64,000 nt of DNA from positions 13,828,001 through 13,892,000 of the forward strand of contig CM075991.1 of NCBI GenBank assembly GCA_038087875.1. The letters are read 5' to 3'. Position numbers and translations under genes: made by a program. Shown one piece after another: positions 39,303 through 51,588 of the stretch. The notes under the pieces were generated by a model. The model was not told the DNA's origin. It made no database searches and saw only the letters and a program-made list of their open reading frames with translations. Each line of letters begins with the position of its first letter. The first letter of the stretch is position 1. This DNA is from Malacoraja senta. Lineage: Eukaryota.

Positions 39303-40698
39303 TCAGCCCACTCTGTCCCGGCCCTCTCTCTGCCCCTACCCCCGCCCTCTCCTTCTCTAGCCACACCTGCGAGTTGGGGGTTATGCGTGAGTGGATAGGG
39401 TGGGGGATGGGGTAAAATTAGCGAATGAATAATATTAATATATCAAGGGGGGTGGTTAGTGTGGGTGTGGGGGGGGGGTGGTTAGTGTGTGTGTGGGGGT
39501 GGTTAGTGTGGGTGTGGGGGGGTGGTTAGTGTGTGTGTGTATGTGGGGGGTGGTTAGTGCATGTGTGTGGGGGGGTGGTTAGTGTGTGTATGGGGGTGGT
39601 TAGTGTGTGTGTGGGGGTGGTTAGTGTGGGTGTGGTTAGTGTGTGTGGGGGGTGGTTAGTGTGTGTATGTGGGGGGTGGTTAGTGTGTGTATGTGGGGGG
39701 TGGTTAGTGTGTGTGTGGGGGGGGGTGGTTAGTGTGGGTGTGGGGGGGGGGTGGTTAGTGTGTGTGTGTGGGGGGTGGTTAGTGTGTGTGTGTGGGGGTG
39801 GTTAGTGTGGGTGTGGGGGGGTGGTTAGTGTGTGTGTGGGGGTGGGTGGTTAGTGTGTGTGTGGTTAGTGTGTGTGTGGGGGGGTGGTTAGTGTGTGTGT
39901 GGTTAGTGTGTGTGTGTGGGGGTGGTTAGTGTGGGTGTGGTTAGTGTGTGTGTGGGGGGGGGTGGTTAGTGTGTGTGTGTGGGGGGTGGTTAGTGTGTGT
40001 GTGGGGGGTGGTTAGTGTGGGTGTGGGGGGTGGTTAGTGTGTGTGTGTGGGGGGTGGTTAGTGTGTGTGTGTGGGGGGTGGTTAGTGTGGGTGTGGGGGG
40101 GGTGGTTAGTGTGGGTGTGGGGGGTGGTTAGTGTGTGTGTGGGGGGGGTGGTTAGTGTGGGTGTGGGGGGTGGTTAGTGTGTGTGTGGGGGGGGGGGTTC
40201 GTGTGGGTGTGGTTAGTGTGTGTGTGTGGGGGGTGGTTAGTGCATGTGTGTGGTTAGTGTGTGTGTGTGGGGGTGGTTAGTGTGTGTGTGGGGGGTGGTT
40301 AGTGTGTGTGTGGGGGGTGGTTAGTGTGGGTGTGTGGGGGTGGTTAGTGTGTATGTGTGGGGGGTGGTTAGTGTGGGTGTGTGTGGGGGGTGGTTAGTGT
40401 GTGTGTGGGGGGTGGTTAGTGTGTGTGTGTGTGGGGGGTGGTTAGTGTGTGTGTGTGGGGGGTGGTTAGTGTGGGTGTGTGGGGGGTGATTAGTGTGTGT
40501 GTGTGTGGGGGTGGTTAGTGTGTGTGTGGGGGGTGGTTAGTGTGGGTGTGTGGGGGGTGATTAGTGTGTGTGTGTGTGGGGGTGGTTAGTGTGTGTGTGG
40601 GGGGTGGTTAGTGTGTGTGTGTGTGACGCCGCAGGCAGCCCCCCCTGCCGCAACCACGCATTAAGGGGATGGGACCCTATAGGTTCCACTTGGTCTAG
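39303..40698 (+). mobile_element. Non-autonomous Helitron-like element
   Basis: 3' end has a GGGACC-ctata-GGTTCC hairpin (40671-40687), then acttggt-CTAG followed by T. Candidate 5' A|TC at 39303 is uncertain. Confidence 0.6.
39449..40625 (+). repeat. G-rich minisatellite, unit ~GGTGGTTAG(TG)nGn (~15-26 bp, dozens of copies)
   Basis: Directly visible tandem array with variable TG and G run lengths. Confidence 0.97.
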
Positions 40699-42368
40699 TA
40701 TATATATATATATATATATGTGTGCGTGTGTGTGTTTATATGTATATCTAATTGTATATATATGTATTATATATTATATCATAAATATATATATATATAC
40801 TGAGAGAGACACAGAGAAAGAGAGAGAGAGAGAGGGCCGAGTGTAAGCGTTGAGGGTGGGTGGAGTGGTCACGGATGTTATATATGGGGGAGGGGTTGTC
40901 TGGGCAAGAGAGTTGCTCGAGGGTGCTAGTTGTGAGCTCGAATGGCTTGTGAAAGCAGGGAACGGCAAAACTCTAAGAGAAGCTTTAAATAAGCCTCTGC
41001 TGACTTTCACTGACGGCAGCCCTCATCCATCTTTGTTTCAAAACCAACTGTTTTCCAACCCGGGTAACTTCCCCCCGGTTGGGATCCAACATGGAGTGGG
41101 TACATTAAAGAGGTTCTCCAATGTGTTGTCATCGTGGGGTGAGAATTGTAAACGGCGGCAAAGATCTCCATGATAAGCAGTCGGTTTCCAGTCCATCCCC
41201 TCGTTCTGCCGCGACCTCTGGCCCGTCCGTGACCATTGTTGAGTGTGTCAGGGGCAGCGGTTCACAGGATTCCTGCTAACGTCACTCAACGTGCCAGAAG
41301 CTGCGCGGTTAACTGGAAGAGACACAAGAGACTGCAGATGCGGCCATCTTGAGTGCTGGAAGAACTCAGCGGGTCAGGCAGCATCTGCAGTGGTTAATAA
41401 AAAGCAACTGTTGGTTTATACAATCTGAAGAAGGGTCCCGGCTCGAAACGTCACCTATCCATGTTCTCCACAGATGCTGCCTGACCCGCTGAGTTCCTCC
41501 AGCACTTTGTGTTTTACTTGTGGCAGGACATCAGTTCTTTCAAACCCGCCCAGTTCCTTCTGCATACTTCACTAAGATGAAGATAGACGTGCCTTGTGTG
41601 TAACCTTTCTCCACAGTTGCTGAGTCATGGAGTTCACAAGTTATAGGAGTAGGATTAGGCCATTCGGCCCATCTAGTCTACTCTGCCATTGATTCAATCA
41701 TGGCTGATCACTGCCTCCTAATCCCATTTTCCTGCCTTCTCCCCATAACCCTTGACACCAGTTCTAATCGAATATGTCTATCTCTGCCTTAAAAATATCT
41801 ACTGAAGGCCACAGTCATCTCCACAATTCAGCCCAACTTGCCCACACCAGCCAACAATGTCCCAGCTACACAAGTCCCACCTGCCAGCATTTGGTCCATA
41901 TCCCTCCAAACCTGTCCTATCCATATACCTGTCTAACCGCTTCTGATATGTTGGGATAGTCCCTGTCTCAACTACCTCCGCTGGCAGCTTGTTCCATACA
42001 CCCACGTTACCCCTCAGATTCCTATAAAATCTTTTCCCTTTCACCTTAAACCTATGTCCTCTGGTCCTCGATTCACCTACTCTGGGCAAGAGACTCTGTG
42101 CATCTACCCGATCTATTCCTCTCATAATCCTATACACTATAAGATCACCCCTCATCCTCCAGCGCTCCAAGCAATAGAGTCCCAGCCTACTCAACCTCTC
42201 CCTATAGCTCAGACCCTCTAGTCCTGGCAATATCCTCGTAAATCCTCTCTGAACCCTTTCCAGCTTGATAACATGTCTATCTTCCATGTCAGGGTAAACC
42301 TGGCAGCGAATGGCGGTGAAATAAGACAGGTGATTGTGGGACTGCTCAAGGTGAAACTCACCATTAAT

Positions 42369-42374
42369 TTTATT
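42369..42374 (-). terminator. TACC1: Probable TACC1 polyadenylation signal (AATAAA), implying a ~1.4 kb 3' UTR
   Basis: AATAAA on the minus strand after an AT/U-rich tract (42400-42540), near the end of the mostly non-repetitive sequence following the stop codon. Confidence 0.55.
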
Positions 42375-42883
42375 CAGGCGATGGCGATGGAAAAAATATA
42401 TTAGTACATGGAATTAAAATTTTATAATATCTTTCCAGATTTTTTTTTGCACTTTGTTGTTACAACTTTAAATTTTTTTTATATTGAACTATAACATATA
42501 AAAGACAAATATATCTGTATATAAAAAATTATGCAGGTGAAGGTTTTCAATGTACGAAGCAGCTGAAAGCAGACAAGGCAGAAGAGGAATCTAAGCAGCA
42601 GTGGTAGAGTGAAGGACCAATCTATCACAGGTGGGATGTACACAGTCAAATCACCAACACCTTATCTCACACAGGCACTAACACAATGGCTGAAAAATAA
42701 CTCGACTGCTGAATTGTCATGCACGGACTGTAGGGAGGGTGGTGGGCAATTTGTGTTGATGTGCGTTAGAGTGGTTGGGCTTGTGACTAATTGCAGGAGG
42801 AAGTCTCTACCACGGACTTGAGCCGTTTGCACTTCCCCGTAGGACTCTGGGGGGGGGGGGGGCTTGAAAGGTCCACTAACTAA

Positions 42884-43171
42884 TGCCCCTGTCCCACTGT
42901 ACGAGGTAATTCAAGAGCTCTCCCGAGTTTAAAAAAATCAAACTCCGTGGAAGCTCGTAGAATGTACGGGTTTCGTCGGAGCTCTGGACGTCTCTTAGCG
43001 GCTCATAATGCTAACGGCAGGTACTCGGGAAACGCGAGACTCGTGAAGAATTTTCAACATGTCCACGAGAGCCCCGAGTACCTACGAGCGTCCATTACCG
43101 TAAACCTCCGAGTTCGAATCAGGGCAAACTCGGGAGAACTCTTGAATGAACTCGTACCGTGGGAGCGGGCT
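42884..43171. mobile_element. PIF/Harbinger-type MITE within the putative TACC1 3' UTR
   Basis: Inverted homolog of 3844-4171; TAA/TTA flanks. Confidence 0.78.
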
Positions 43172-43799
43172 TTAACGTTGTGTTGAGTGTACAGCAGGTT
43201 TCACGTGCTCGGAATGGGACGCGCTGAACCCCCTCGCCCTGTTGCCGGACGCCCTGGGGAACTCCGCGCGGGCGCCAGTGCGTGAGGCCGTGCCCTCGCG
43301 CCGACATCCTACACGCCCGCCCGAGGCTCTCGAAACCCTGAGAAACAAAAAGGCGAGAGGCCTGGAGATGAGCAAGTGGCCGTAGCTCACTCTGATCCGA
43401 ATCGTCTCGCAGTGCAACGTCCCAATGACCTCCCCACAACTTACACCCACCCCTAAATCTCCGTCCCAGGTCAGAACAGGACCTTCAACGCTCATCCCTG
43501 TGGTGCACAGGTAGTGAATGACACCTTGAAGATTAGAGGCGGCACTGGTGAAGCAGGTTACACCTGGGGGAAGCTGAGGCACCGACTGCCTTGGAACAAT
43601 TTGGCAAACGTCTGTTGTGTTTGTGCAGTGGCCATGACACAAAGATGAACAGCTGCCCCCATCTGCTCCGCAGGTTGTTTGGGCCGTTGCTGGTTAGAGG
43701 TTCTGATGGGTGGATGATGAGTTCCGGTTCTAAGTAAGGCAGCGTGCTTTGAGGAAGGAAGGCCTGGGGGGAAAAGCTGCGTCGTGCACAGGGCAGACC

Positions 43800-43868
43800 T
43801 CAGTCCATTCTTGCCAGCTTGGAGATCAGCTCGTCGCAGATCTTCGTCAGTTCTTCAATCTCTTGGTT
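43800..43868 (-). CDS. TACC1: TACC1 terminal coding exon
   Basis: ctcgcag|AAC CAA...GAC TGA. Encodes NQEIEELTKICDELISKLARMD*, the canonical TACC C-terminus (EELTKICDELI). Confidence 0.96.
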   Translation of the reverse strand, partial: NQEIEELTKICDELISKLARMD

Positions 43869-46800
43869 CTGCGAGTTAAAAAATGGGCAATTGTTTAAGA
43901 AAGAACTGCAGATGCTGGAAAAATCGAAGGTAAGACAAAATGCTGGAGAAACTCAGCGGGTGAGGCAGCATCTATGGAGCGAAGGAATAGGTGACGTTTC
44001 GGGTCGAGACCCTTCAATGATTGTGTCTCTATCCCCGGTTTACACCAACAGAAACGTCACCTGTTCCTTCGCTCCATAGATGCTGCCTCAGAAGGGTCTC
44101 GACCCATAGAAACATAGAAAATAGGTGCAGGAGGAGGCCATTCGACCCTTCGAGCCAGCACCACCATTCATTGTGATCATGGCTGATCGTCCCCTATCAA
44201 TAACCCGTGCCTGCCTTCTCCCCATATCCCTTGACCCGAAACATCACCTATTCCTTCGCTCCATAGATGCTGCCTTACCCGCTGAGTTTCTCCAGCATTT
44301 TTATCTATCTACCTAACATAAAAGAGGACAAGGTCGGCAAATGAAAAATTCCACCTCAACAAATAAACAAACACAGATTCTGGAAATGGGGTCATAGTCA
44401 GATGGCGCGGACTCAGGCCATTCGGCCCAACTTCCCCATGCCGACCAACATGCCCCATCTACACTAGTCCCATCTGCCTAGTGCCATTTAAAAAAAAATA
44501 TATACCAAAAATAATTTAAATCAATTATTTACAAAAATGCTATGTACAATACAAAACAATGCAAACAAACCCACCACCATAATACAAAGTCAAGCAAATA
44601 TTCTTAAATACTGAATATTAAATAACTATTTCACAATTCTTGTTAAGGATACATTCCATCCCCAGCGGTCCCGGAAGTCCCCCAGGGCGCCCGTGGACAG
44701 CGCGAGGTCCCTTTCTAAAACTACCTGGGCGCGGACATAACCTTGGAAAAGATTACCTCCTGCCTTCTCCCCGTAACCAACCAAGTATCTGGCTTTGGCA
44801 GCCGGCTTGGGGCAGAGACCTCCTCCGCCTGGTGCTGTGACTCTCGGATGGCCAGCTTGGCCAGGCCCAGGAGCAACCCAACCAGGACATCTTCAGCCAA
44901 GCCTCTCCCCTACGCACAGGGTGTCCAAAGATGAGGATGGTGGGTGTGAAGTGCAGCCAGAAGGCTCTGGGCCCAAATTATGTGGCATGATAAACAACAA
45001 TGGTCCTTTAAACCACAATGCCATGAAATGGCCTCATTTCACCCAAAATCAATATTTCCATTCAGCAAAGCACAAACTACTGAAGGAACAGAGTGAGCCA
45101 GGCAGCATCTCTGGAGGGAATGGACAGGCGATGTTTCAGGTCCAGGGACCGTTCTTGAGAAGTCGTCCATCCATTCCCTCCACAGATGCTGCTTGACCTG
45201 CTGATGACTCCAGCACTTGGTCTTTTTTTTCCTCAGATTTTTGCAACTGCCTCTCCTTTAGATTGGAGACGATGAGGACTCTCTTTAACCAGAGGGCGGT
45301 GAACCTGTGGAATTCATTGCCACAGAGGGCAAGTCAAAGGATATTTTTAAAGCAGAGATTTTTAAAGCCAGATGCTTGGTTGGTTACGGGGAGAAGGCAG
45401 GAGAATGGGGTTGAGAGGGAAAGATAGATCAGCCATGATTGAATGGTGGAGTAGACTCGATGGGCCGAATGGTCTAATTCTACTCCTAAGTTATGATCTG
45501 ATGACCCATTATTGTAATTGGTTCAAGGGACATGATAATCTCTGGCAGCACCAACATACTGTATATTGTCTGTTCCCGATTGCCTTGGAACATATGTGGG
45601 CCATTTCAGAGTTCACTTCAGAGTCAAGTGCATTGATGTGGTTCAGTCACATGCAGGCCACACCAAGCCTGGCCAGCAGATTGCTTCCCTTGAATGCTAT
45701 GACTAATATTTACAGCATTCCATAAGTTCCATGGCCACCACTACTAACACTTGCCTTTCATTCCAAACTTTACGTGAATTCCCAGCCAGGGAATAAATGT
45801 CTCTGGAGCAACAATCGATCCCAAACAACAACTTAAACACTCTGCCCCCTCATGGTGGCACGGTGGAGCTATGATAGAACTATTGCCTCACAGAGTCAGA
45901 GACCCGGGTTCGATCCTGACCACGGGTGCTGTCTGTACGTAGGTTGTACCTTCTCCCCGTGACTGCGTGAGTTTTCTCTGGGACCTCCGCTTTCATCCCG
46001 CACTACAAAGATGTCGGCTAATTGGCCTCTGTAAATTGTCCCGACGGTCCCTAAATTGTCCCTAGCTCTTGGGGCTAACGGAATCTAGGGATATGGGGAG
46101 AAAGCAGGAACGGGGTACTGATTGTGGATGATCAGCCATGATCACATTGAATGGTGCTTCTGCTTCTGGCCTACTCCTGCAGCTATTTTCTATGTTTCTA
46201 TGTGTGTTGGATAGAACGAGTGTATGGGGTTATTGGTGGTTAGTGTGGACTGGATGGGTTAAAGGCCCAGTTTCCACGCTGCATCTCTAAACCAAACTAA
46301 ACTAAACTACTCGTTTAAGAAAGAACTGCAGGTGCTGGAAAAATCGAGGGTAGACAAAAATGCTGGAGAGACAGCGGGTGAGGCTCGACCCGAAACGTCA
46401 CCTATTCCTTCGCTCCATAGATGCTGCCTCACCCGCTGAGTTTCTCCAGCATTTTTGTCTGTCTTAAACTAAACTACTGCTCACCAAGTGGGAGTAAAGC
46501 TTCACTTTCATGGAACTAAGACACATTAATTTCTCTTTCTTGGAACCATTCTGCATTTATATTGTGGTTCGGCTGAGATCCAGCCATAATGTTCACTCTG
46601 CCATGAAATGACTGATGCAAACCACAGTGAATCCCAAGCCATCCAAACTTGGCCTGACCTGATCTAGTTCCTAGTCTCTCCTTTTATTATTAACCAAAAA
46701 TTATTTATTCGCCTATTTACAATAATATGTACATTACTAAATTATTAAAAACAAACCCACCGCCACAATACAAGCAAAATAAATATTCTCAAATTACTAT

Positions 46801-47311
46801 GTCCCCATCCTTACTGAGTATGCATTCCACCCCGCGCGGTGCCCAGCGGTCCCAGTAATCCCCCAGGGTGCCCGTGGACAGCTCGTAGTCCCTCTCTAGT
46901 ACCACCCGGGCACGGACGTGACACCGCAAAAGGGACAAGCAGCCGGCTCGGGCAGAGCCCTCTTCCGCCTGGCGCCGTGAATCCTTGTCTCTCCTTAAGA
47001 TTGGAGACGAGGAGGAATTTCATTAACCAGAGGGTGGCGAATCTGTGGAATTCATTGGCGAGGGTGGCGAATCTGTGGCAGGCCTCAGGCCTGTAGTCCA
47101 GATTACAGATAGAGCATGGAAAAACAGGCCCTTCAGCCCACTGAGTCCCTGCCGATCATCGATCGCCCGTTCACCCTAGTTCCACTTTCGACTAGAGTCG
47201 GAAGTATATTTTAATCAATCAGCCAGAAACTGTTCAGAGAGGCAGGTTCCAGCGCTCGGCACCTTGTAATGACATACACTGGAGTTCTGTTTCCAAGAAC
47301 ATTCTGATTTA

Positions 47312-47580
47312 AGGGCCTGTCCCACTTGGCGATCTTTTCGGCGACTGCCAGCAGTTGCCGCTGGAGTTCTGAACATTTCAAAAAGGCTGGAGTTCTGAAC
47401 ATTTCAAAAAGGCTGGAGTTCTGAACATTTCAAAATCCAGCAGCAACAAAAATAATGTTGTGACACTTGAGGAAACACCGCGCGTCGACATGTCGTCATG
47501 CCGCGGCGTTTTCGGCGACCTGATACATCAGTCAATCATGCCGGCAGTCGCCCAAACAATCGGCAAGTGGGACAGGCCAT
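47312..47580. mobile_element. PIF/Harbinger-type MITE
   Basis: TIR AGGGCCTGTCCCACTTG...CAAGTGGGACAGGCCAT; TTA duplication; internal 26-bp unit ctggagttctgaacatttcaaaaagg, ~3 copies (47361-47435). Confidence 0.82.
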
Positions 47581-47797
47581 TTACCTCAACACGAGACAAC
47601 CTGTTGGGGAACTCAGTGGGTCGAGCAGCATCTGTGGGGGGAGAGACCGCTCCAGTCTGAAGAAGGGTCCCGACCCAAAACGTCACCCATTCCTTCTCCC
47701 AGAGATGCCGCCTGTCCCGCTGAGTTACTCCAGCCTTTTTGTGTCTGTCTTCGGGTTAAACCGGCATCCACACTTCCATCCTACACACTCTGTTTAC

Positions 47798-47918
47798 CTT
47801 CTGTTGAATCGTCCTCTCCATGGAGTCCACCTTCATCTGCTCCTTGCGGAGGGTGGCCTGCATGGCCGCTCCTTCAGCATGAGCCTTGGCGCGGACCTGG
47901 GCGATCTCCTCGTTGGCC
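47798..47918 (-). CDS. TACC1: TACC1 coding exon
   Basis: ccccgcag|G GCC AAC...CAG AAG|gtaaac, 121 nt, phase 2/0. Encodes [40 protein letters not shown]. Confidence 0.95.
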
Positions 47919-49739
47919 CTGCGGGGGGTGAACGCAGAGAGTCAACACGTGTCTGTCAGGATGAAGGTGAAGGGGCTGGGGCAGGAGAGACCATCACACA
48001 AACCAACCCAACCTTCCTGTGGGATAATTCTGCTCAACTTTAACTGTTCTGCTGTGTTGGCACTCAGAAACATAGACAATAGGTGCAGGTGGAGGCCATT
48101 CGGCCCTTCGAGCCAGCACCACCATTCAATATGATCAATGTGATCATGGCTGATCATCCAAAATCAGTACCCCGTTCCTGCTTCCTCCACATATCCCTTG
48201 ATTCCGTTAGCCCTAAGAGTAAATCTAACTCTCTCTTGAAAACTTGACTCTTGACACGTGTTGCAAAACTCAAGATGCCACCTTGTTCTTAGGAAAGCCT
48301 TTGCCCAAATGATTGGAGCATTGTGTAGAGATACCTGCAAAACCAACAGCGCCTATGTATGGAAATGTAGGCAGTGTCGATAAAATCGCAACTCCCCGAC
48401 TAAGCTGCGTAAGGAACTAAGATATGTGCTAGTCTGTACATCCACTTGTTTATTCGGCAGTGTGTAAAACCCTGCTGTCTGTACTCTTGAGGAGTTGTCT
48501 CCTCCAGGATATCATGTATTAAAGTCTCCCTCCCCATGAGTCCGAGTCCTGGGTTGATTTCTCTGATCCTTCCATTGACCCCATCTACACCTCACGCTGC
48601 CTCGGCAAGGCCAGCAGCAGCATCATGCACCACAGAAGACCGTGGAGGCCAATCAATGGATATTTTCAAGGCAGAGATAGATACTGTAGATAGATAGATA
48701 GATGGATAGATAGATGGATTCTTCATTAGGACGGCTGTCAAGGGTTATGGGGAGAAGGCAGGAGAATGGGGTTCGGAGGGAGAGATAGATCAGCCATGTT
48801 TGGATGGGTGGAGTAGATTTGATGGGCCGAATGGCCTAATGCTGCTCCAACCACTTATGAACATGATAAGTCTCACCCCGGTCACTTCCTTTCTCCTCTC
48901 TCCCATCTGGCAAGAGGTACAGAAGTGTGAAAACGCATACCTCCAGATTCAGGGATAGTCTCCTCCCAGATGTGATCAGCCCAAGTGAACCGTCCTCTCA
49001 CCAACTGGAGAGCAGTCCTGACCTCCCATCGACCTCATTGGAGAACTGATCCATCTTGAATTGGACTTTATCTTGCACTAAACATTATAGACTTTACCCT
49101 TGTATAGTACACTGTGGACAGCTTGATTGGAATCATGTCTAGCCTTTTCGCTGACTGCATAGCATGCAACAAAATGATTTCACTGTACCTCAGCACATGT
49201 GACAATATATTAAACTAAACTAATGCCATCCCACCAGCACCTGGAAGCTGCCAATTCAAGGGTGCAGTTTGTCCTTGCCTCGTGAGAGCTTGGTAAGAGG
49301 TGGCTGCTTCTTCTATCTAAACCATCAATTTGCCATTTTCACACTCAGCGCCCAAGCAACAATCAGGGGGGGATATGCTCGGGCTGAGGATGTCCTGGTT
49401 GGGCTGCTCCTGGGCCTGGGCTACTTCTCCGTGGATTGTCACCTTGTCGTGGTGGAGAAGCTTGTGTGGACCTGAGATCATGAGAGCGATGCCGCCTGGA
49501 GCTATGCTCCTGGTAGGGCCACCCATGGTGGTAAGGTCCAGGGGGAGGACTCTGACAAAGAGCAATCCAACCAAGGCCTCAACGGTGGAACAGGCGGAGG
49601 ACGATGGCTGACCTTAGTGGAGCGTCACAACGGCTGGGAAGGTGGATGAAGGCTGCAGCAGAAAAGGGTCTCTGGTCATCTTGGACTCCATGCCACTGGA
49701 TCCTGACCCAGATCTGTCAAGGACCGTGGGGGTGGCTGG

Positions 49740-50040
49740 CCGCCAGTCGGAAGAGGGGTCTACGCGAACCGGGTACCTACTCCTTTTCCGGGGTTTCGTC
49801 CATGCCCGGGAGGTACTAGAGAGGGACCACGTGCTGTCCACGGGCGCCCTGGGGGATTTCCGGGACGGCTGGGCACCGCGGGGGGTGGAATGCATCCTTG
49901 ACAAGGATGGGGAAATAGTGATTTAATATTCAAGAATATTTGCTTTATTTTGTATTATGGTGGTAGGTTTGTTTGTATTGTTTTCTATTGTAAATAGCAC
50001 TTTTGTAAATAATAGAATAAAATAATTGTTGGTAATAAAA
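49740..50040 (+). mobile_element. Tx1/L1-clade LINE 3' end
   Basis: ORF end ..LLFRGFVHAREVLERDH..GDFRDGWAPRGVECILDKDGEIVI* plus AT-rich 3' UTR. Homologous ends lie on the minus strand at ~44490-44925 (LLLGLAKLAIRES) and ~46690-46985. Confidence 0.65.
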
Positions 50041-51482
50041 CAAAGGGGAAAGTGTGGAGGGACTGTGGTGGACAGTATTGATGTACTGGGAGCTGTGTAG
50101 ACTTGATGGGCCTTGTAAGTGTGGCCAATGTTGTACCTTTATTTAAGGAGGGCATCAGGGATATATCTGTCCGCACCTTCCCGAGGTGCCACGGACGAAG
50201 TCTCGGCGGAGTGCGTTACCGGGAGGAAGCCGTTGGAGATGTCGGACAGGAGGAGCGAGGGCCGAGGTGGGGGGGTGAATCAGGGTAATGCCTCCAGCTC
50301 CTTCAAGGTCGGCTGCAGGAGGAGCCCCCGGGACACAATGAGGGCCGGGCGAGGAAAGGAGAGGGACGTCGGTTCATGGCCGATCCGGTCGAGGGCCCTG
50401 CAGGAGCCTGGGGCTCGCCTGGATCGGGACCCGCTCCAGTAGACCGAGCGCCCGGGCCGACCGGACTTTGGATGCAGGAAACGGGGCCAAAACATGCCGG
50501 TGAATTTCACTGTACAATTGCACATGTGACAAATAGCGCAGCATTGAAGCATTGAGCCATTGAAGCAGGTCCTGCTACACACAGATGCGCCATGTAAAGC
50601 ACTTTATCAGGATGCATCACAGCACGGTTTGGGAACAGCTCCATCCAAGACCGTGAGAAATTGCAGAGAGTTGTGGACGCAGCCCAGACCATCACACAAA
50701 CCAACCTCCCTTCCATTGACTCCATCTACACCTCACGCTGCCTCGGCAAGGCCAGCAGCAGAATCAAGGACGAGTCTCACCCCGGTCACTCCTGTACTTC
50801 CCTCTCCCCATCAGGCAAAAGTACAGAAGTGTGAAAATTCAGGAACAGTTTCTTCCCAGCTGTTATCAGGCAACCGAATCATCCTACCACAACTAGAGAG
50901 CGGTCCTGAGCTACTATCTACCTCTGATGTCCCTCAGACTATCCTTAATCGGGCTTTGCTGGCTTAACCTTGCACTAAACGTTATTCCCTTATTATGTAC
51001 AGTATCTATACACTGAAAATGGATTGATTGGAATCATGTATAGTCTTTCTGCTGCCTGGTTAGCACGCAACATAGAAACATAGAAAATAGGTGCCGGAGT
51101 AGGCCATTCGGCCCTTCGAGTCGGCACTGCCATTCAATATGATCATGGCTGATCATCCAAAATCAGTACCCCATTCTTGCTTTCTCCCCACATCCCTTGA
51201 TTTCCTTTAGCCCTAAGAGCTCAATCTCTCTTGAATACATCCAGTGAATTGGCCTCCACTGCCCTCTGTGCAGAGAATTCCACAGATTCACAACTCACTG
51301 GGTGAAAAAGTTGTTCCTCATCTCAGTCCAAAATGGCCTACCCCTTATCTTAAACTGTAACCCCCTGATTCTGGACTCCCCCAACATGGGAACATTTTTC
51401 ATGCAACAGAAAGCTGTACCTCGGTACATGTGACAATAAACTAAACTAAACTAAAAAAAAATAGCCAGTGGCGTGCACTCAC

Positions 51483-51588
51483 TTGTCCAGTTTTCCTCTG
51501 CGTGCATTTTCAGGGCCTGATACCGTTGCTCCTCCTGTTTCACCCTGGCCAAGTAATCCTGAGCACATTTCTTCAACACTTCTTCATT
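51483..51588 (-). CDS. TACC1: TACC1 coding exon (106 nt as assembled; 107 nt needed to keep frame)
   Basis: ctgaag|AAT GAA...GACAA|gtgagt. Encodes [32 protein letters not shown], then reads GAGGAAAACTGGACAA, one A short of E-E-K-L-D-K. Confidence 0.93.

Noticed and set aside
39449..40625. Telomeric or CRISPR-like array; ORFs 39533-39805 and 40568-40846
   Set aside because: The unit contains GGTTAG followed by TGTG, not TTAGGG repeats. There are no unique spacers or cas genes, and the DNA is eukaryotic. The ORFs are low-complexity translations.
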